A stretch of 64,000 nucleotides of DNA from Candidatus Nomurabacteria bacterium (GTDB lineage: Bacteria; Patescibacteriota; Minisyncoccia; Phycocordibacterales; UBA9973). Positions 11,027 through 21,571 of this stretch are shown here, piece by piece. The DNA lies in assembly GCA_943356675.1 (NCBI GenBank), contig CALRFQ010000001.1, forward strand, positions 4,147 to 68,146, written 5' to 3'. The notes under the pieces are model-generated. The model was not told the DNA's origin. It did not search any database and saw only the letters and a program-made list of their open reading frames with translations. Made by a program: the position numbers and the translations under genes. Position 1 is the stretch's first letter. Every line of letters starts with the position of its first letter.

Positions 11027-11680
11027 TTATGTTTTTACAAAATTCCATCTAATCCCTATTGGATACAGGAACTCCTTCTCTCTTCTTTCGAAATCGAACC
11101 TTTCGTTTATACCAAAGAGGAGATTTAGTCTTTTGTAGTTGATGCCTAGAGCAAAATTGATTTGGTCATCAATTTTTTGATTGAATTTGTTACTCGCTTC
11201 AACAAATCCATTAAAAATACCAAGTGGTAACATTTTTGTTCTGAGTTTTGCATCGATAGCAATTTCCTTCTCAAAAGAGGTAAATATGCCAACATGCAAA
11301 AACTTGAATGGTGTTTTTTCACTCAACTCTTCAAGTTCGAATTCGGCACCGATTCTAAATGGCTCCTTCTCTATGCTTGAAAAATTTTTCTGAAATGCAA
11401 GAAAAATTGGAAACTTCTTCATTCCAAACTGAATTACATTTTCAGATGTGAAAATATTTGGGTCAAAACCAAAATTAATTTGATTCTCACCTTTAATGAT
11501 CACTTTCCCTATTGGTAATCTGTACCAGATTTCCGGAAAGATTTGCTTAGTACTTGTGACCGTTAGGTCTAGTATCTCAATCTTGAATTTCTCCTCAGTG
11601 CTATCCTCTTGCGAAGATGCAATAAAAGGTGAAAAAAATAACGCAATAAGCGTCATCGCGAAGGTAAATTTTCTTGCCAT
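11027..11680 (-). CDS. Secreted hypothetical protein, predicted beta-strand rich
   Basis: Likely start MARKFTF at 11680; Sec-type signal peptide; alternating hydrophobic strands. Confidence 0.7.
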   Translation of the reverse strand: MARKFTFAMTLIALFFSPFIASSQEDSTEEKFKIEILDLTVTSTKQIFPEIWYRLPIGKVIIKGENQINFGFDPNIFTSENVIQFGMKKFPIFLAFQKNFSSIEKEPFRIGAEFELEELSEKTPFKFLHVGIFTSFEKEIAIDAKLRTKMLPLGIFNGFVEASNKFNQKIDDQINFALGINYKRLNLLFGINERFDFERREKEFLYPIGIRWNFVKT

Positions 11681-11745
11681 TGTTAATAAATAATTTGAAT
11701 TTGAGAACATTATAGCAGAAAAATGACTATATGTAAATACCAATA

Positions 11746-11772
11746 AAAATACCCTGCAAATGCAGGGTATTT
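11746..11772. terminator. Intrinsic terminator after the RRM gene
   Basis: aaaataccctgca-aa-tgcagggtatttt. Confidence 0.7.
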
Positions 11773-11790
11773 TCTAATAATACGAGAGTA

Positions 11791-12078
11791 TTATCTGTCT
11801 CCACGGAAACCACCGTTTGATGGGCGAGCTTCCATTGGGCGTGCTTCATTCACTGTAAGATTTCGACCTTCGAAATCCTTGCCGTTAAATGTTGAGATTG
11901 CAGCATCTGCGTCGCCATCATTTGTCATTTCAACGAATCCAAAGCCTTTTGATCGGCCTGTCATCTTATCCATGATAATAGTAGCACTACTAACAGCACC
12001 TGCACTCTCGAACAAGCTTTTAAGCTCATCGTTAGTAGTCTTGTAAGGAAGACCACCAACATACAATTTCTTTGCCAT
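11791..12078 (-). CDS. RRM (RNP-1) RNA-binding protein
   Basis: KLYVGGL (RNP2) and KGFGFVEM (RNP1). Confidence 0.96.
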   Translation of the reverse strand: MAKKLYVGGLPYKTTNDELKSLFESAGAVSSATIIMDKMTGRSKGFGFVEMTNDGDADAAISTFNGKDFEGRNLTVNEARPMEARPSNGGFRGDR

Positions 12079-12367
12079 AATGACAATGTACTTCTCCGAA
12101 TTGTACTTACATACAAATCTTTGAAGGAAACTAATTTATAAATGTAATCGCATATGCCGATTTTCATTTACATACTTTATGTTTAACACAGCGAAGTATG
12201 AAACAAATACCAAAACCTAAGCTAACTACTAATCGTGAGTATACCACATTTGGGCAAAAAGTGGCAAGTGAACAGCAAATATTCTGCACAAGTACGACTT
12301 GTGCAGATTTGATGCAAAAAGGAAAAAAATGATACAATTAGGACAAAATATAACTCCCACTCCAACC

Positions 12368-12796
12368 ATGAAAAAGTTCATAATTATTGTTGCCTTGATA
12401 ATACTATTTATCATCGCAACTTCTTTTAAAAAGGTATTTGTGCCTAAAGCCATAATTCATTATGGTGACAATCAGACATTATTACTTCACAATAATAATG
12501 TAGCCAATCAGGAAAGCTGGCAAACTTCGTGTGGAACTTTTGCCATCATAAACTTCTGGGACCCAAAAACTAGAGATTTATTTTCAGTCTTTGCTGAGAT
12601 TAAGCAAACTGATAGTACAAAGGACTATTACGAAATTAGGCCACCTATCACTTCTAACAGATACGATTGGTGGTATGTGGAGGATATGAGAATGATTATT
12701 GATTCAGAAAACTTTGGTTTTCAGATGAAAAACTCCTTAACAGGAGATTCAATATATTATTCATATAATTGTTTTTTAAAGGAATGTGGTATGTAA
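12368..12796 (+). CDS. Hypothetical membrane-anchored or secreted protein
   Basis: ORF 12299..12796; likely start MKKFIII followed by a hydrophobic helix. Confidence 0.65.
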   Translation: MKKFIIIVALIILFIIATSFKKVFVPKAIIHYGDNQTLLLHNNNVANQESWQTSCGTFAIINFWDPKTRDLFSVFAEIKQTDSTKDYYEIRPPITSNRYDWWYVEDMRMIIDSENFGFQMKNSLTGDSIYYSYNCFLKECGM

Positions 12797-12849
12797 CCAT
12801 CTACCCAAAAATAAAAAAAATACACTAACAGAAATGTTAGGGTATTTTT

Positions 12850-13824
12850 TTATTCCTCGTCTTCGGCTTCGCCTACGACTCCTGATGACATTGCGTCGAG
12901 GATTTTATCGATTTTGCCAGACATAATTCCGGGGATGTTGGACCATGATTGGCGGATACGGTGATCTGTAACGCGGTCTTGTGGGAAGTTGTATGTGCGA
13001 ATCTTCTCACTTCTATCCCCCGTTCCTATTTGGCCTTTGCGATCTGCAGAATATTTCTTGGCTTCTTCTTCATCCTTTAAGACTTGTAATTTTGCCATAA
13101 GGATAATCATAGCTTGCTCGCGGTTCCCAAGCTGGTTTCTCTCTGTAGTACATCTCACATCTATGCCTGTGGGTTTGTGGATAAGGCGCACTGCTGTCTC
13201 CACCTTGTTCACGTTCTGTCCGCCTGCACCTCCTGCTCGAGAATATTCCATATCAATATCAGCCGGATTGATTTCAATTTTAGATTTCTTACGGAGTGGA
13301 AGAATTGCCACTGATGCAGTGGATGTATGTATGCGCCCGTTCTTCTCAGTAGCGGGAATTCTCTGCACACGGTGCACGCCAGTCTCATATCGAAGTAGTT
13401 TATACACATCCTTACCTCTAATTTCAAAAGATGCTTCTTTGTATCCACCCACTTCATTCATAGATTCGTTTAAGGTTTTCGAAGACCAGCCCTTAGCTTC
13501 AGCATATAGCTCATACATATGTGCGAGCTCGTATGCGAAGAGTGACGCTTCGTCGCCTCCTGCACCAGCGCGAACTTCTAGAATTATTTCATTTGGAAAT
13601 TCTTCCTCCTCTTTTTCAGACTTTTGCATTTCTTCAATTTGGCGCTCCAAGCCTTCTTTTTGGAAAGTAATATTCTGAAGTTCTTCCACAGCGAGCTCTT
13701 TCATGCTCTCATCTTCTGCCACCATATCATTAATCTTCTTTTCTTCAGACAAAAGACGCTCGTATTCATTTGCGAGGTAGCTTGTCTTGTGATTCTTTTT
13801 TAATTCTTCTAAATCGAAGTTCAT
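12850..13824 (-). CDS. prfA: Peptide chain release factor 1 (short N-terminus)
   Basis: [17 protein letters not shown] (PxT), [19 protein letters not shown]. Confidence 0.96.
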   Translation of the reverse strand: MNFDLEELKKNHKTSYLANEYERLLSEEKKINDMVAEDESMKELAVEELQNITFQKEGLERQIEEMQKSEKEEEEFPNEIILEVRAGAGGDEASLFAYELAHMYELYAEAKGWSSKTLNESMNEVGGYKEASFEIRGKDVYKLLRYETGVHRVQRIPATEKNGRIHTSTASVAILPLRKKSKIEINPADIDMEYSRAGGAGGQNVNKVETAVRLIHKPTGIDVRCTTERNQLGNREQAMIILMAKLQVLKDEEEAKKYSADRKGQIGTGDRSEKIRTYNFPQDRVTDHRIRQSWSNIPGIMSGKIDKILDAMSSGVVGEAEDEE

Positions 13825-13836
13825 ATATTTATTCTA

Positions 13837-13882
13837 CCTCACCCCCTACCCCCTCTCCAAATTTTTCAAATTTAGCGAGGGG
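13837..13882. repeat. REP-like hairpin element (CCTCACCCC..CCCCTCTCC...GAGGGG type)
   Basis: cctcaccccctaccccctctcc-aaatttttcaaattt-agcgagggg; GC-rich in an AT-rich intergenic region. Confidence 0.55.
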
Positions 13883-13888
13883 AAAAAG

Positions 13889-14038
13889 AAAATCCCAAAT
13901 TAGTTCTTAAGAAATGCCTTGCGCAGAAGCTTAGAAAATAAATGAGGTAGTCTGATTACTATTTTCTTGAGCGACGAGCAGAGAAATTTTCTAAAAAGAA
14001 AATATTCGTGCATTTCGAGAGAAGCTAATTGGGATTTT
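13889..14038. repeat. 150-bp branched palindromic (MITE-like) element
   Basis: Imperfect ~29-bp terminal inverted repeat aaaatcccaaattag...gaaatgc / gcatttc...ctaattgggatttt with internal hairpins. Confidence 0.65.
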
Positions 14039-14042
14039 ATAG

Positions 14043-14261
14043 CTATTTTTTAGTTTTAGTGCCGGCTGCTGCGCGCTTCTTGAAGCGGTCCACACGTCCT
14101 GCTGTGTCGAGGACCTTTTCGTTACCAGTATAGAATGGGTGGCATTGACTGCAGATTTCCACAGCGATTGTATCCATAGTTGAACCAACAGTAAATTTCG
14201 CTCCACATGCGCAAGTGATAGCTGATGCTAAGTTGTATTTTGGGTGTATTTCTTTCTTCAT
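14043..14261 (-). CDS. rpmE: 50S ribosomal protein L31 (Zn-binding type)
   Basis: [29 protein letters not shown]. Confidence 0.98.
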   Translation of the reverse strand: MKKEIHPKYNLASAITCACGAKFTVGSTMDTIAVEICSQCHPFYTGNEKVLDTAGRVDRFKKRAAAGTKTKK

Positions 14262-14285
14262 AAAAGCTATATTAGCACAGGTTTA

Positions 14286-15638
14286 TTAGTTTTGCAATAC
14301 GTCTATCATAGTAGTTTGGATCTTTGTAGCCTTGGCCATCACCTGCTTTCCGTAAGCACAAGAAGTGCCTCCAGTGCCATAGTATTTACACGCAGCCTTG
14401 ATTTCCGCAGTATAGCTACCGTTTACACCTCCAAGCTCCTTAAGGAATAAGGCTGAAGCCATAAAGGCGTCCGGAGCATTCCAAGGGTCAGGGTTTGCTT
14501 TGCCAAGTGCAGCAGATATCTTCTTTTTCATGCCCATCCATGTGGAAGGAATGAATTGTGCAGGTCCCATGGCTCCGCCCCAGCTACTTGTTCCTGCAGA
14601 TGCTATAGGGCAAGAAACTAGTGTCTTGTATGGGTCACGCCCTGCACCCGTCGCTATTTCTATGAATGGTCCCACATCGCGAGATGGCTTCATTACATTT
14701 GGGAAAGTTTTGCCGCTTCGTGAGCTCACTCCTGCACCGGTTTCTTGGTTTGTGAGGTAGCAGGAACCTTGGTCAGTTCCTAGGTTACTTTCCTGTGTGA
14801 TAATTGCGAGTATGAATGCTACTCGAACTCCAGTGATTTTGCTTGCAGAGTTTGCATAGTCGAGCGCACGGCCGAATGGGATGGCTCCTGTGTCACGCAA
14901 GTTGAAAAGTACGGCAAGAATTTCTGCACGACGCTTGGCTTTGTCCGCAAGAACTTTATTGTATTCAGATTCTTTATTTTTACTTATTGAAAGGAGTTGC
15001 TGTTTATCCTTTTCATTTGTCTCAACTTTTTTCTTTTCATTTTCGAGTGCTACTTTCACATCTATAGCTTGATTCTTCTTTTGCTCAAGAGCCTTCTTCT
15101 CTGCTTCTGTCTCAGTACGGTCACCACGGATTAGGTCTACAGATTTCTTTATCGCACCCTTTAGTGAATTGAAATTATCCACATCACTATAAGTGTCTGA
15201 TAAGCTATTCCTAGAAAGTAGGAGTGACACCATCGATATCTCATCTATCTCTCTATTCTTTCTTATAAGCTGTGAGAGTGATTCCTTTTCAAGCTCGATC
15301 TTCTCTGTGAGAGTCTGAATAGTGCTGTTCTTCTGGGTTATTTCCCCACCGAGCTTAGTGATCTGGAGGTTCTTAGACTTTATGTCGAGCTTAGACTTCG
15401 CTATCTGAGTAGTGAGTATGGCTATGTCGCGTGAAAGTGAAGTGGACTGGCCTTTCTGCGCAGAAAGCTCCTTTTGTTTTTGAGCGATCTCTTGCTCGAG
15501 TCCTGAGAGCTCTGATTCTAGGCGCGCTCTGTCTGCCTGTGCTTGGTCGAGCTCAGCGCTGGCAAAAGAAATATGTGCGCTAGAGAGTAGCATACACAAA
15601 ATCAAAATACCCGTTATAAAATTATTTCTAAAACGCAT
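14286..15638 (-). CDS. Secreted coiled-coil protein with C-terminal lytic transglycosylase (SLT_2-like) domain
   Basis: Signal peptide, long coiled coil, QES catalytic Glu, GAMGPAQFIPSTW, DPWN. Confidence 0.85.
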   Translation of the reverse strand: MRFRNNFITGILILCMLLSSAHISFASAELDQAQADRARLESELSGLEQEIAQKQKELSAQKGQSTSLSRDIAILTTQIAKSKLDIKSKNLQITKLGGEITQKNSTIQTLTEKIELEKESLSQLIRKNREIDEISMVSLLLSRNSLSDTYSDVDNFNSLKGAIKKSVDLIRGDRTETEAEKKALEQKKNQAIDVKVALENEKKKVETNEKDKQQLLSISKNKESEYNKVLADKAKRRAEILAVLFNLRDTGAIPFGRALDYANSASKITGVRVAFILAIITQESNLGTDQGSCYLTNQETGAGVSSRSGKTFPNVMKPSRDVGPFIEIATGAGRDPYKTLVSCPIASAGTSSWGGAMGPAQFIPSTWMGMKKKISAALGKANPDPWNAPDAFMASALFLKELGGVNGSYTAEIKAACKYYGTGGTSCAYGKQVMAKATKIQTTMIDVLQN

Positions 15639-15702
15639 TTACTTATTATAGCATAAGAAAACCCATACAGAATGTGTATGGGTTTTCTTTATCAAAATTA
15701 AA

Positions 15703-16347
15703 TTATTTTGCTTCTTCTCCTGCACCTTCCTCTTCTTTCTTACCTTTCTTCTCAACTTCAATAGCTGATAGGTCTACTGGTGCTGCCTCCTCTTCCTTCT
15801 CAGCCTTTGCTGGAGCTACGAGAGCGACAACTTCCATACCATCAGTGAGTAATGTAATTCCAGCTGGAAGTACGATATCTTTAGCGTGAATTTGGTCTGC
15901 AAGAGTTGCAAGTGGTGAGATGTCCACAGCGATAGTGTGAGGAAGATCTTTTGGAAGACCCTTGATCTCTACTTCGTGAAGTACTTTCATAAGTGATCCT
16001 AGTCCTGATTTCTCAGCTTGTGATACACCTGTGAATTCGAGCTCAATACTAACCTCGATTGGCTTGTTCATATCCACTGCTAGGAAGTCTGCGTGAAGCG
16101 GATGGCTCTTTACAGGGTCGAACTGTACGTCATGAATGAGTACGTCTACTTTCTTACCTTCGATATCGACTACTAATGTGCTTGATTCCCCTGCGTCCTT
16201 GAAAGCTTTGATGAAGTCGATGCTAGAGACAGAGATTGGGGTATTCTCCACGCTAGCGCCATAGACAACAGCTGGGATCATGCCTTTTGCACGCACGTCA
16301 CTAAGCTTGTCTGTCTTACTTCGCTTTGTTGCGATTAATGTTTTCAT
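15703..16347 (-). CDS. rplY: 50S ribosomal protein L25/Ctc
   Basis: GMIPAVVYG, QFDPV..HADF, CTC C-terminal domain. Confidence 0.96.
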   Translation of the reverse strand: MKTLIATKRSKTDKLSDVRAKGMIPAVVYGASVENTPISVSSIDFIKAFKDAGESSTLVVDIEGKKVDVLIHDVQFDPVKSHPLHADFLAVDMNKPIEVSIELEFTGVSQAEKSGLGSLMKVLHEVEIKGLPKDLPHTIAVDISPLATLADQIHAKDIVLPAGITLLTDGMEVVALVAPAKAEKEEEAAPVDLSAIEVEKKGKKEEEGAGEEAK

Positions 16348-16477
16348 AGGTCAAATCCTAGCATAAAATCTCATTTTGGGCAAATGCTAGTAGCCATAAT
16401 ATACATACAGTATTGACTTTACTATCTACTTCTGCTATAATGTGCAAAATTTCTATAACAATCTAAATTCTTTTATT

Positions 16478-16894
16478 ATGCTTAAAAAAAATCAAATCCA
16501 GTATTATCTGGCAATCGCTTTGATGGCTACCGCAGCTCTATTTCCACTAATTGCTGTATTTTTCCCACACTCGCAATTTGTTAATAATGACATTTACATG
16601 GCGGTACTATCTGTGTCTGGAATTATGGGAATAACTGGTGGCTATTTCTTAGGTCAACATCATTTTCAGAAAGTAATTAAAAATACTTATGAGATTGATG
16701 ATTTTAGTGACGGGACTAAATTCACAGTTCTCAGCTTAAATACAGAACTAACTGAAACCCCCGCCGGTGAGTATGCTAAAGTTCAAGCTGAAAAAAGAGG
16801 AGAAACAATTGATTGTACCCTTCATCTTAAAAAACCAAATGCATTAGTAAATATGGTTTATTTTAAAATTCAAGGTCGCCTCTTTGTAGAGTAG
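16478..16894 (+). CDS. Hypothetical membrane protein (two TM plus soluble tail)
   Basis: ORF 16442..16894; likely ATG at 16478; TTGACT..TGCTATAAT promoter upstream, terminator downstream. Confidence 0.7.
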   Translation: MLKKNQIQYYLAIALMATAALFPLIAVFFPHSQFVNNDIYMAVLSVSGIMGITGGYFLGQHHFQKVIKNTYEIDDFSDGTKFTVLSLNTELTETPAGEYAKVQAEKRGETIDCTLHLKKPNALVNMVYFKIQGRLFVE

Positions 16895-17029
16895 ATGGTT
16901 TAAATGAAAAAAGAGCTTAGTCTTTACTAAGCTCTTTTTTTTTGTACCCAAATATTGCTATATATTTTAAATTAGTGGTATTATTAAGGTAATAGTTTTC
17001 TCTAATTTTGAACCTTAATAATCGTTATC

Positions 17030-17371
17030 ATGAACCAATCAAATTCATCTAAAGTAATTTTATACTTGCTTACAAGTGTATTATTCATCTTACTGTCTGT
17101 ATCTTATTTCCCTAATTTGAAGGGAATAACCTTAACTCTTCTTGCAACAGTATTTGCTGTTATGTCTATTGTAGAATTTGGTGCAAATGTATTCCCGTAT
17201 GCATTGTTACCAATTTTCATACACCTTATGTACCTTGCGATATGTTACTTGTTTAAGGATCAGTGGCCAATGTATCACCTGATCAGAATAAGTTGCATAT
17301 TTTCTACACTTGTACTTGTGCTAGGATGGTCATATGCACTATCCACTCCTAAATTAAAGATTTCTTCATAA
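17030..17371 (+). CDS. Hypothetical four-TM membrane protein
   Basis: 113-aa hydrophobic ORF with upstream promoter-like sequence and downstream hairpin. Confidence 0.65.
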   Translation: MNQSNSSKVILYLLTSVLFILLSVSYFPNLKGITLTLLATVFAVMSIVEFGANVFPYALLPIFIHLMYLAICYLFKDQWPMYHLIRISCIFSTLVLVLGWSYALSTPKLKISS

Positions 17372-17428
17372 TTGATAATTTCGACACAAAAATAAGCATC
17401 CCGAATGATGCTTATTTTACTTTTTATA

Positions 17429-19171
17429 TTATATTTTATGAGACTGACTATGACCCTCGTCTATGATATGAGTCTTTATGTATTCCTCAGTTCCCGCTCC
17501 ACTCTCCCCTAGTGCAACTTTTTTACCAGGATTGAAAATGTTTTTTGGATCAAAAATTTTCTTTGTTTCCACAAATAATCCATAAATTCCTTCACCATAC
17601 ATTTGCTTGAGGAATGGTGTGCGGATGAGTCCGTCATTGTGCTCAGCAGTAGTCGAGCCTTTGTATTCTAGGACTAGGTCATAAACTTTCTTGGATAAAT
17701 CTAAAATAATTTTTGAAGTATTTACATCCTTGAAATCCATAAGCGGGATAATATGGAAGTTTCCATTACCAGCATGGCCTGCGATGGTGTAAGTAATCGG
17801 ATATATATTTAGTATCTTCTGCAGTTTAGGAAGGAATTCTGGGAGTGTCTCTGGTCGGACTACGATATCGTCGATAAATGGTGCTGTGTGCTTGTCCTTC
17901 ACATGTTTGCGGAGTAGTGCGAAACTCTCACGACGGATATCCCAGTACTTATTTGCGTCAGTTTTACTTCTTGTAATTCTGGCATTGAAATTAAAAGGAG
18001 CAACTTTCTCAATTAGTTTCTTTGCATCTTTTGTAATTTCCTTTTCACTATCACCTGCAAATTCCACAAGCAAGATTAGCTTAGGCATTCCGCTTGTAAG
18101 CATCATTATAGCCTCAGGCCAGAAGCTCCACATAAAACGGAGCATTCCCCACAATCCTTTATTCTTCAAAAAGTCTGGGAAGAATTTAATAGCGAGCTTC
18201 ATTGTGGCATCGTCATAACTCTCGATACTTTCTGGGTTGAATGGCAAGATAGTGTCCACAAGTTCTCCGAGGCGAGATAAATCCTTCATGAATATTACAG
18301 CGAGCTTACTTTCCTTCTTAACATCTACTAAGTGAAATGTTGCTTCTGTCACTATTCCAAATGTACCTTGTGAGCCTACAATAAGCTTAGGTAGGTCGAA
18401 GACTTCAGTCTCAGGGTTCCAAACATTCCATAAGAAGTATCCAGCAGAATTTTTTGAAACATTTGGCTTAGCTTTTTCAATCTCTGCAAAATTATCTTTA
18501 ATAAGTGCATATAGGTTTTTGTATAAATCACCTTCATAGTCACCTTGAGCAATTTTTGCATAAAGTTCTTTCTTGGAAAGTGAGCTCACTGTGTATTCGC
18601 GTCCATCAGAAAGTACAATCTTCACTTCTTTTAAGTAATCTTCTGTTTTTCCGTAGTTTAGAGTCTTCTCACCAGCAGAATTATTGCCCACCATACCACC
18701 CATAGCATTTATACTCTTCGATGCTGTGTAGCAAGGGAGCAATAAATTCTCTTTGAGTGTAGCCATTTCGAAATCTCGATAGAAGCATCCGGGCATAACT
18801 ATCCCACTACCTGTTATTTTTACATTATGAGCATTTGGATACTTCGGAAGTATTTCAAATGGTGTAACTCTTTCCACACTTTTGATTTCATTCATATACT
18901 TTGTGAAATCTAGTATTATTGATTCACCAATTGCTCCGCCAGCCATGCATGTGCCAGCTGAGCGTGCTGTAATAGAATATTTACCACCTTTAACATTTTC
19001 TTCATTTACCCACTTCACCAAATTACATACATCTTCTTTATTTTTTGGGAAAATTACAACTTCAGGCCTTACTTCAAGTAAGCTAGCATCGCGGGAGTAT
19101 TTTGTAAGCACTTCGTCACTATTTTCTACATCACCTTTAATAAAATTTTTGAGTTCTTTTGCTAATTCCAT
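17429..19171 (-). CDS. FAD-linked oxidase, D-2-hydroxyacid dehydrogenase/GlcD family
   Basis: RSAGTCMAG, MGGMVGNNSAG, GSQGTFGIVT, GHAGNGNFH, AEHNDG, FDPKNIFNPGK. Confidence 0.9.
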   Translation of the reverse strand: MELAKELKNFIKGDVENSDEVLTKYSRDASLLEVRPEVVIFPKNKEDVCNLVKWVNEENVKGGKYSITARSAGTCMAGGAIGESIILDFTKYMNEIKSVERVTPFEILPKYPNAHNVKITGSGIVMPGCFYRDFEMATLKENLLLPCYTASKSINAMGGMVGNNSAGEKTLNYGKTEDYLKEVKIVLSDGREYTVSSLSKKELYAKIAQGDYEGDLYKNLYALIKDNFAEIEKAKPNVSKNSAGYFLWNVWNPETEVFDLPKLIVGSQGTFGIVTEATFHLVDVKKESKLAVIFMKDLSRLGELVDTILPFNPESIESYDDATMKLAIKFFPDFLKNKGLWGMLRFMWSFWPEAIMMLTSGMPKLILLVEFAGDSEKEITKDAKKLIEKVAPFNFNARITRSKTDANKYWDIRRESFALLRKHVKDKHTAPFIDDIVVRPETLPEFLPKLQKILNIYPITYTIAGHAGNGNFHIIPLMDFKDVNTSKIILDLSKKVYDLVLEYKGSTTAEHNDGLIRTPFLKQMYGEGIYGLFVETKKIFDPKNIFNPGKKVALGESGAGTEEYIKTHIIDEGHSQSHKI

Positions 19172-19243
19172 GCATATAGTATACACCTTTTATATATTAT
19201 TGATAAGTTTTAGACTTCGTGCTTGCTATGGTATAATCTCTGC

Positions 19244-20233
19244 ATGAAGCATATACAATTTTTAGGTTTAGGAGATATTGTGACTGATGTTTTTATTACA
19301 TTAAAGGATGCCACAGTAAATTGTGATATAGATAATCATAATTGTAAATTGTGCGTAGACTTCGGTGCGAAGATACCTTATGAAGATGCTACAGAAGTGC
19401 AAGCTGTGGGTAACAGTGCCAATGCTACTGTATCCGCATCACGCTTAGGACTTTCATCGGCTCTTGTTGTAGGTATCGGTAAGGATTTTCATGGCGACAA
19501 CTGTATCACAGCTCTAAAGAAAGAAAATATTGATACAAGTTATATTTCAGTATCAAGTGAATACCCTACAAACTATCACTATGTACTTAAATACGGCCCA
19601 GAGAGAACTATCCTCGTGAAGCATGCTCCATTTCTTTACACACTTCCAGAAGATGCGACTGTAGATATGCTCTATTTTAGCTCTATCGGCTCACATGCTA
19701 TAGCATTCCACGATGAAGTAGTTAAATGGCTTGCTAAGCACCCTGAAACAAAGATGGCTTTCCAGCCAGGTACTTTCCAGATCATTGCTGGTAAGGAAAA
19801 GTTGGCAGAAGTATACAAAAATACATATTTATTTTTCTGTAATGTGGAAGAAGCTCAAACTATTCTCGGAACACAAGAGAAAGATATAAAGAAATTGCAC
19901 GATATGATGCGTGCATTAGGACCAAAATATATCGTAATCACAGATGGGCCAAATGGTCTTACTGGTAGTGATGGAGAAAAATACTATAGTCTTCCAATGT
20001 ATCCTGATGAAAAGCCTCCCTTTGATCGCACAGGAGCTGGTGATGCTACATCTTCTACTATTGCAGCAATGATGGCCCAAGGACTTCCATTTACTGAGGC
20101 ATTAAGATATGGACCTATAAATTCTATGAGCGTAGTGATGTATATGGGTGCACAAGCAGGACTACTTCCTAAAGAAAAGATTGAAGAGTATTTAGCAAAA
20201 GCTCCAGCAAGTTATATAGTTACTGAAATTTAA
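19244..20233 (+). CDS. PfkB family carbohydrate kinase
   Basis: GNSAN, VITDGPNG, DRTGAGD; start MKHIQ lies 6 nt after TGGTATAAT. Confidence 0.92.
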   Translation: MKHIQFLGLGDIVTDVFITLKDATVNCDIDNHNCKLCVDFGAKIPYEDATEVQAVGNSANATVSASRLGLSSALVVGIGKDFHGDNCITALKKENIDTSYISVSSEYPTNYHYVLKYGPERTILVKHAPFLYTLPEDATVDMLYFSSIGSHAIAFHDEVVKWLAKHPETKMAFQPGTFQIIAGKEKLAEVYKNTYLFFCNVEEAQTILGTQEKDIKKLHDMMRALGPKYIVITDGPNGLTGSDGEKYYSLPMYPDEKPPFDRTGAGDATSSTIAAMMAQGLPFTEALRYGPINSMSVVMYMGAQAGLLPKEKIEEYLAKAPASYIVTEI

Positions 20234-20275
20234 TTATTTAAAATGATAAAAAGCACGGGACTTATCCTGTGCTTT

Positions 20276-20506
20276 TTAGTGATAGTTTTGCCTTTTTTCA
20301 GCAATTTTAAATGCTTGATCTAGAGCTTCAACTGGATTTAGTATTTTATTTACCAATTTAGACTTTATTGTTTCGAATGCTACTCTTTCGAAATCTGCGG
20401 CACCTTCAGTGAGAGCCTCTTGTTCCATCTCAGAGATTCTATTGTATGCTTCAGAGCTCGTTGGTAATATACTATCCTCTCGTGGTACTTGTTTTTCTAT
20501 TTTCAT
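20276..20506 (-). CDS. Hypothetical protein
   Basis: 76-aa ORF with upstream TATAAT and downstream terminator. Confidence 0.6.
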   Translation of the reverse strand: MKIEKQVPREDSILPTSSEAYNRISEMEQEALTEGAADFERVAFETIKSKLVNKILNPVEALDQAFKIAEKRQNYH

Positions 20507-20566
20507 ATATTGTTCTTTTTTATATTATTATAATACTTTTCTGATAAATCTGCACTAAAAATATAT

Positions 20567-21571
20567 TTATTTTATAATTTCTTCTACTGCTTTTGTAATA
20601 CCCTTTACACCCATACCGTAGTGCTCTATAAGCTCTTCTGGCCTACCAGACTGGCCGAATAGGTCTTGCACTCCGATGAATGCCATCTTTGTAGGGTAAA
20701 CTTTTGCTAAGTATTCAGCAATTGCAGAGCCCATTCCTCCGGCCACTTGGTGCTCTTCTACTGTCACAATTTTATTGGTCTCTTTTGCAAGAGCAAGAAT
20801 CGCTTCTTCGTCGAGTGGTTTGATGGTTGCTAGGTTTAGAACCTTCACCTTAATTCCCTTCTCTTCTAAATCCTTCGCAGTTTTAATAGCATTGTGAAGT
20901 AGCGGCCCGCAAGCTACTATTCCAACGTCTGCATTTCCCTCTGGTGCAAATACTGTTTGCGCCTTTCCAATTTCAAATGGAGTATCTAGAGTAGTCATTA
21001 TAGGAGTCTTCTCACGAGCGAGGCGAAGGTATGTAGGCTCTTTCGTCTTCGCACATGCTATTGTCGCCTTCTTGGCCTCAATAGCATCACAAGGATAAAT
21101 AACAGTCATATTTGGAAGCACACGCGTAATAGCGATGTCTTCAATAGCTTGGTGGGTTCCACCATCAGGTCCTACAGATACACCTGCATGTGAGCCTACG
21201 ATTACTACCTTGCTATTATTGTAACAGCAAGTAGTACGTATCTGCTCCCAGCTACGTCCTGGAGAGAACATTGCATACGAAGATGTAAATGGAACTTTGC
21301 CCATTGCCGCCATTCCAGCTGCAACTGTGACTAGGTTCTGCTCAGAGATTCCCACTTGCACGAAACGCTCTGGGAATTTCTCTGCGAAAATATTCATCAT
21401 TGTAGATCCTGTAAGATCTGCACAAAGTGCAACCACATTCTTATCCGCCTCACCAGCTGCGAGTAGTCCCTCACCGAAACCTTTTCTTGTAGGCACTTGC
21501 TCTACATCCTGATCAAACATTTTGGTATTTAGTTTTAGGTTTGAATTAAGCATATTATTTTCCTTCTTCAA
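20567..21571 (-). CDS. Transketolase, C-terminal subunit
   Basis: GISEQN, GPDGGTHQ, EEHQVAGG. Confidence 0.95.
   Translation of the reverse strand: MKKENNMLNSNLKLNTKMFDQDVEQVPTRKGFGEGLLAAGEADKNVVALCADLTGSTMMNIFAEKFPERFVQVGISEQNLVTVAAGMAAMGKVPFTSSYAMFSPGRSWEQIRTTCCYNNSKVVIVGSHAGVSVGPDGGTHQAIEDIAITRVLPNMTVIYPCDAIEAKKATIACAKTKEPTYLRLAREKTPIMTTLDTPFEIGKAQTVFAPEGNADVGIVACGPLLHNAIKTAKDLEEKGIKVKVLNLATIKPLDEEAILALAKETNKIVTVEEHQVAGGMGSAIAEYLAKVYPTKMAFIGVQDLFGQSGRPEELIEHYGMGVKGITKAVEEIIK

Noticed and set aside
12989-13678. 229-aa ORF antisense to prfA, and similar shadows over atpA, atpB, dnaK and rpsK
   Set aside because: They mirror conserved genes in the codon-aligned antisense frame and show no independent motifs.
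15609-15620. acccgttataaa as a fifth start-codon element terminus
   Set aside because: Short partial match inside a signal-peptide coding region with no partner inverted arm.
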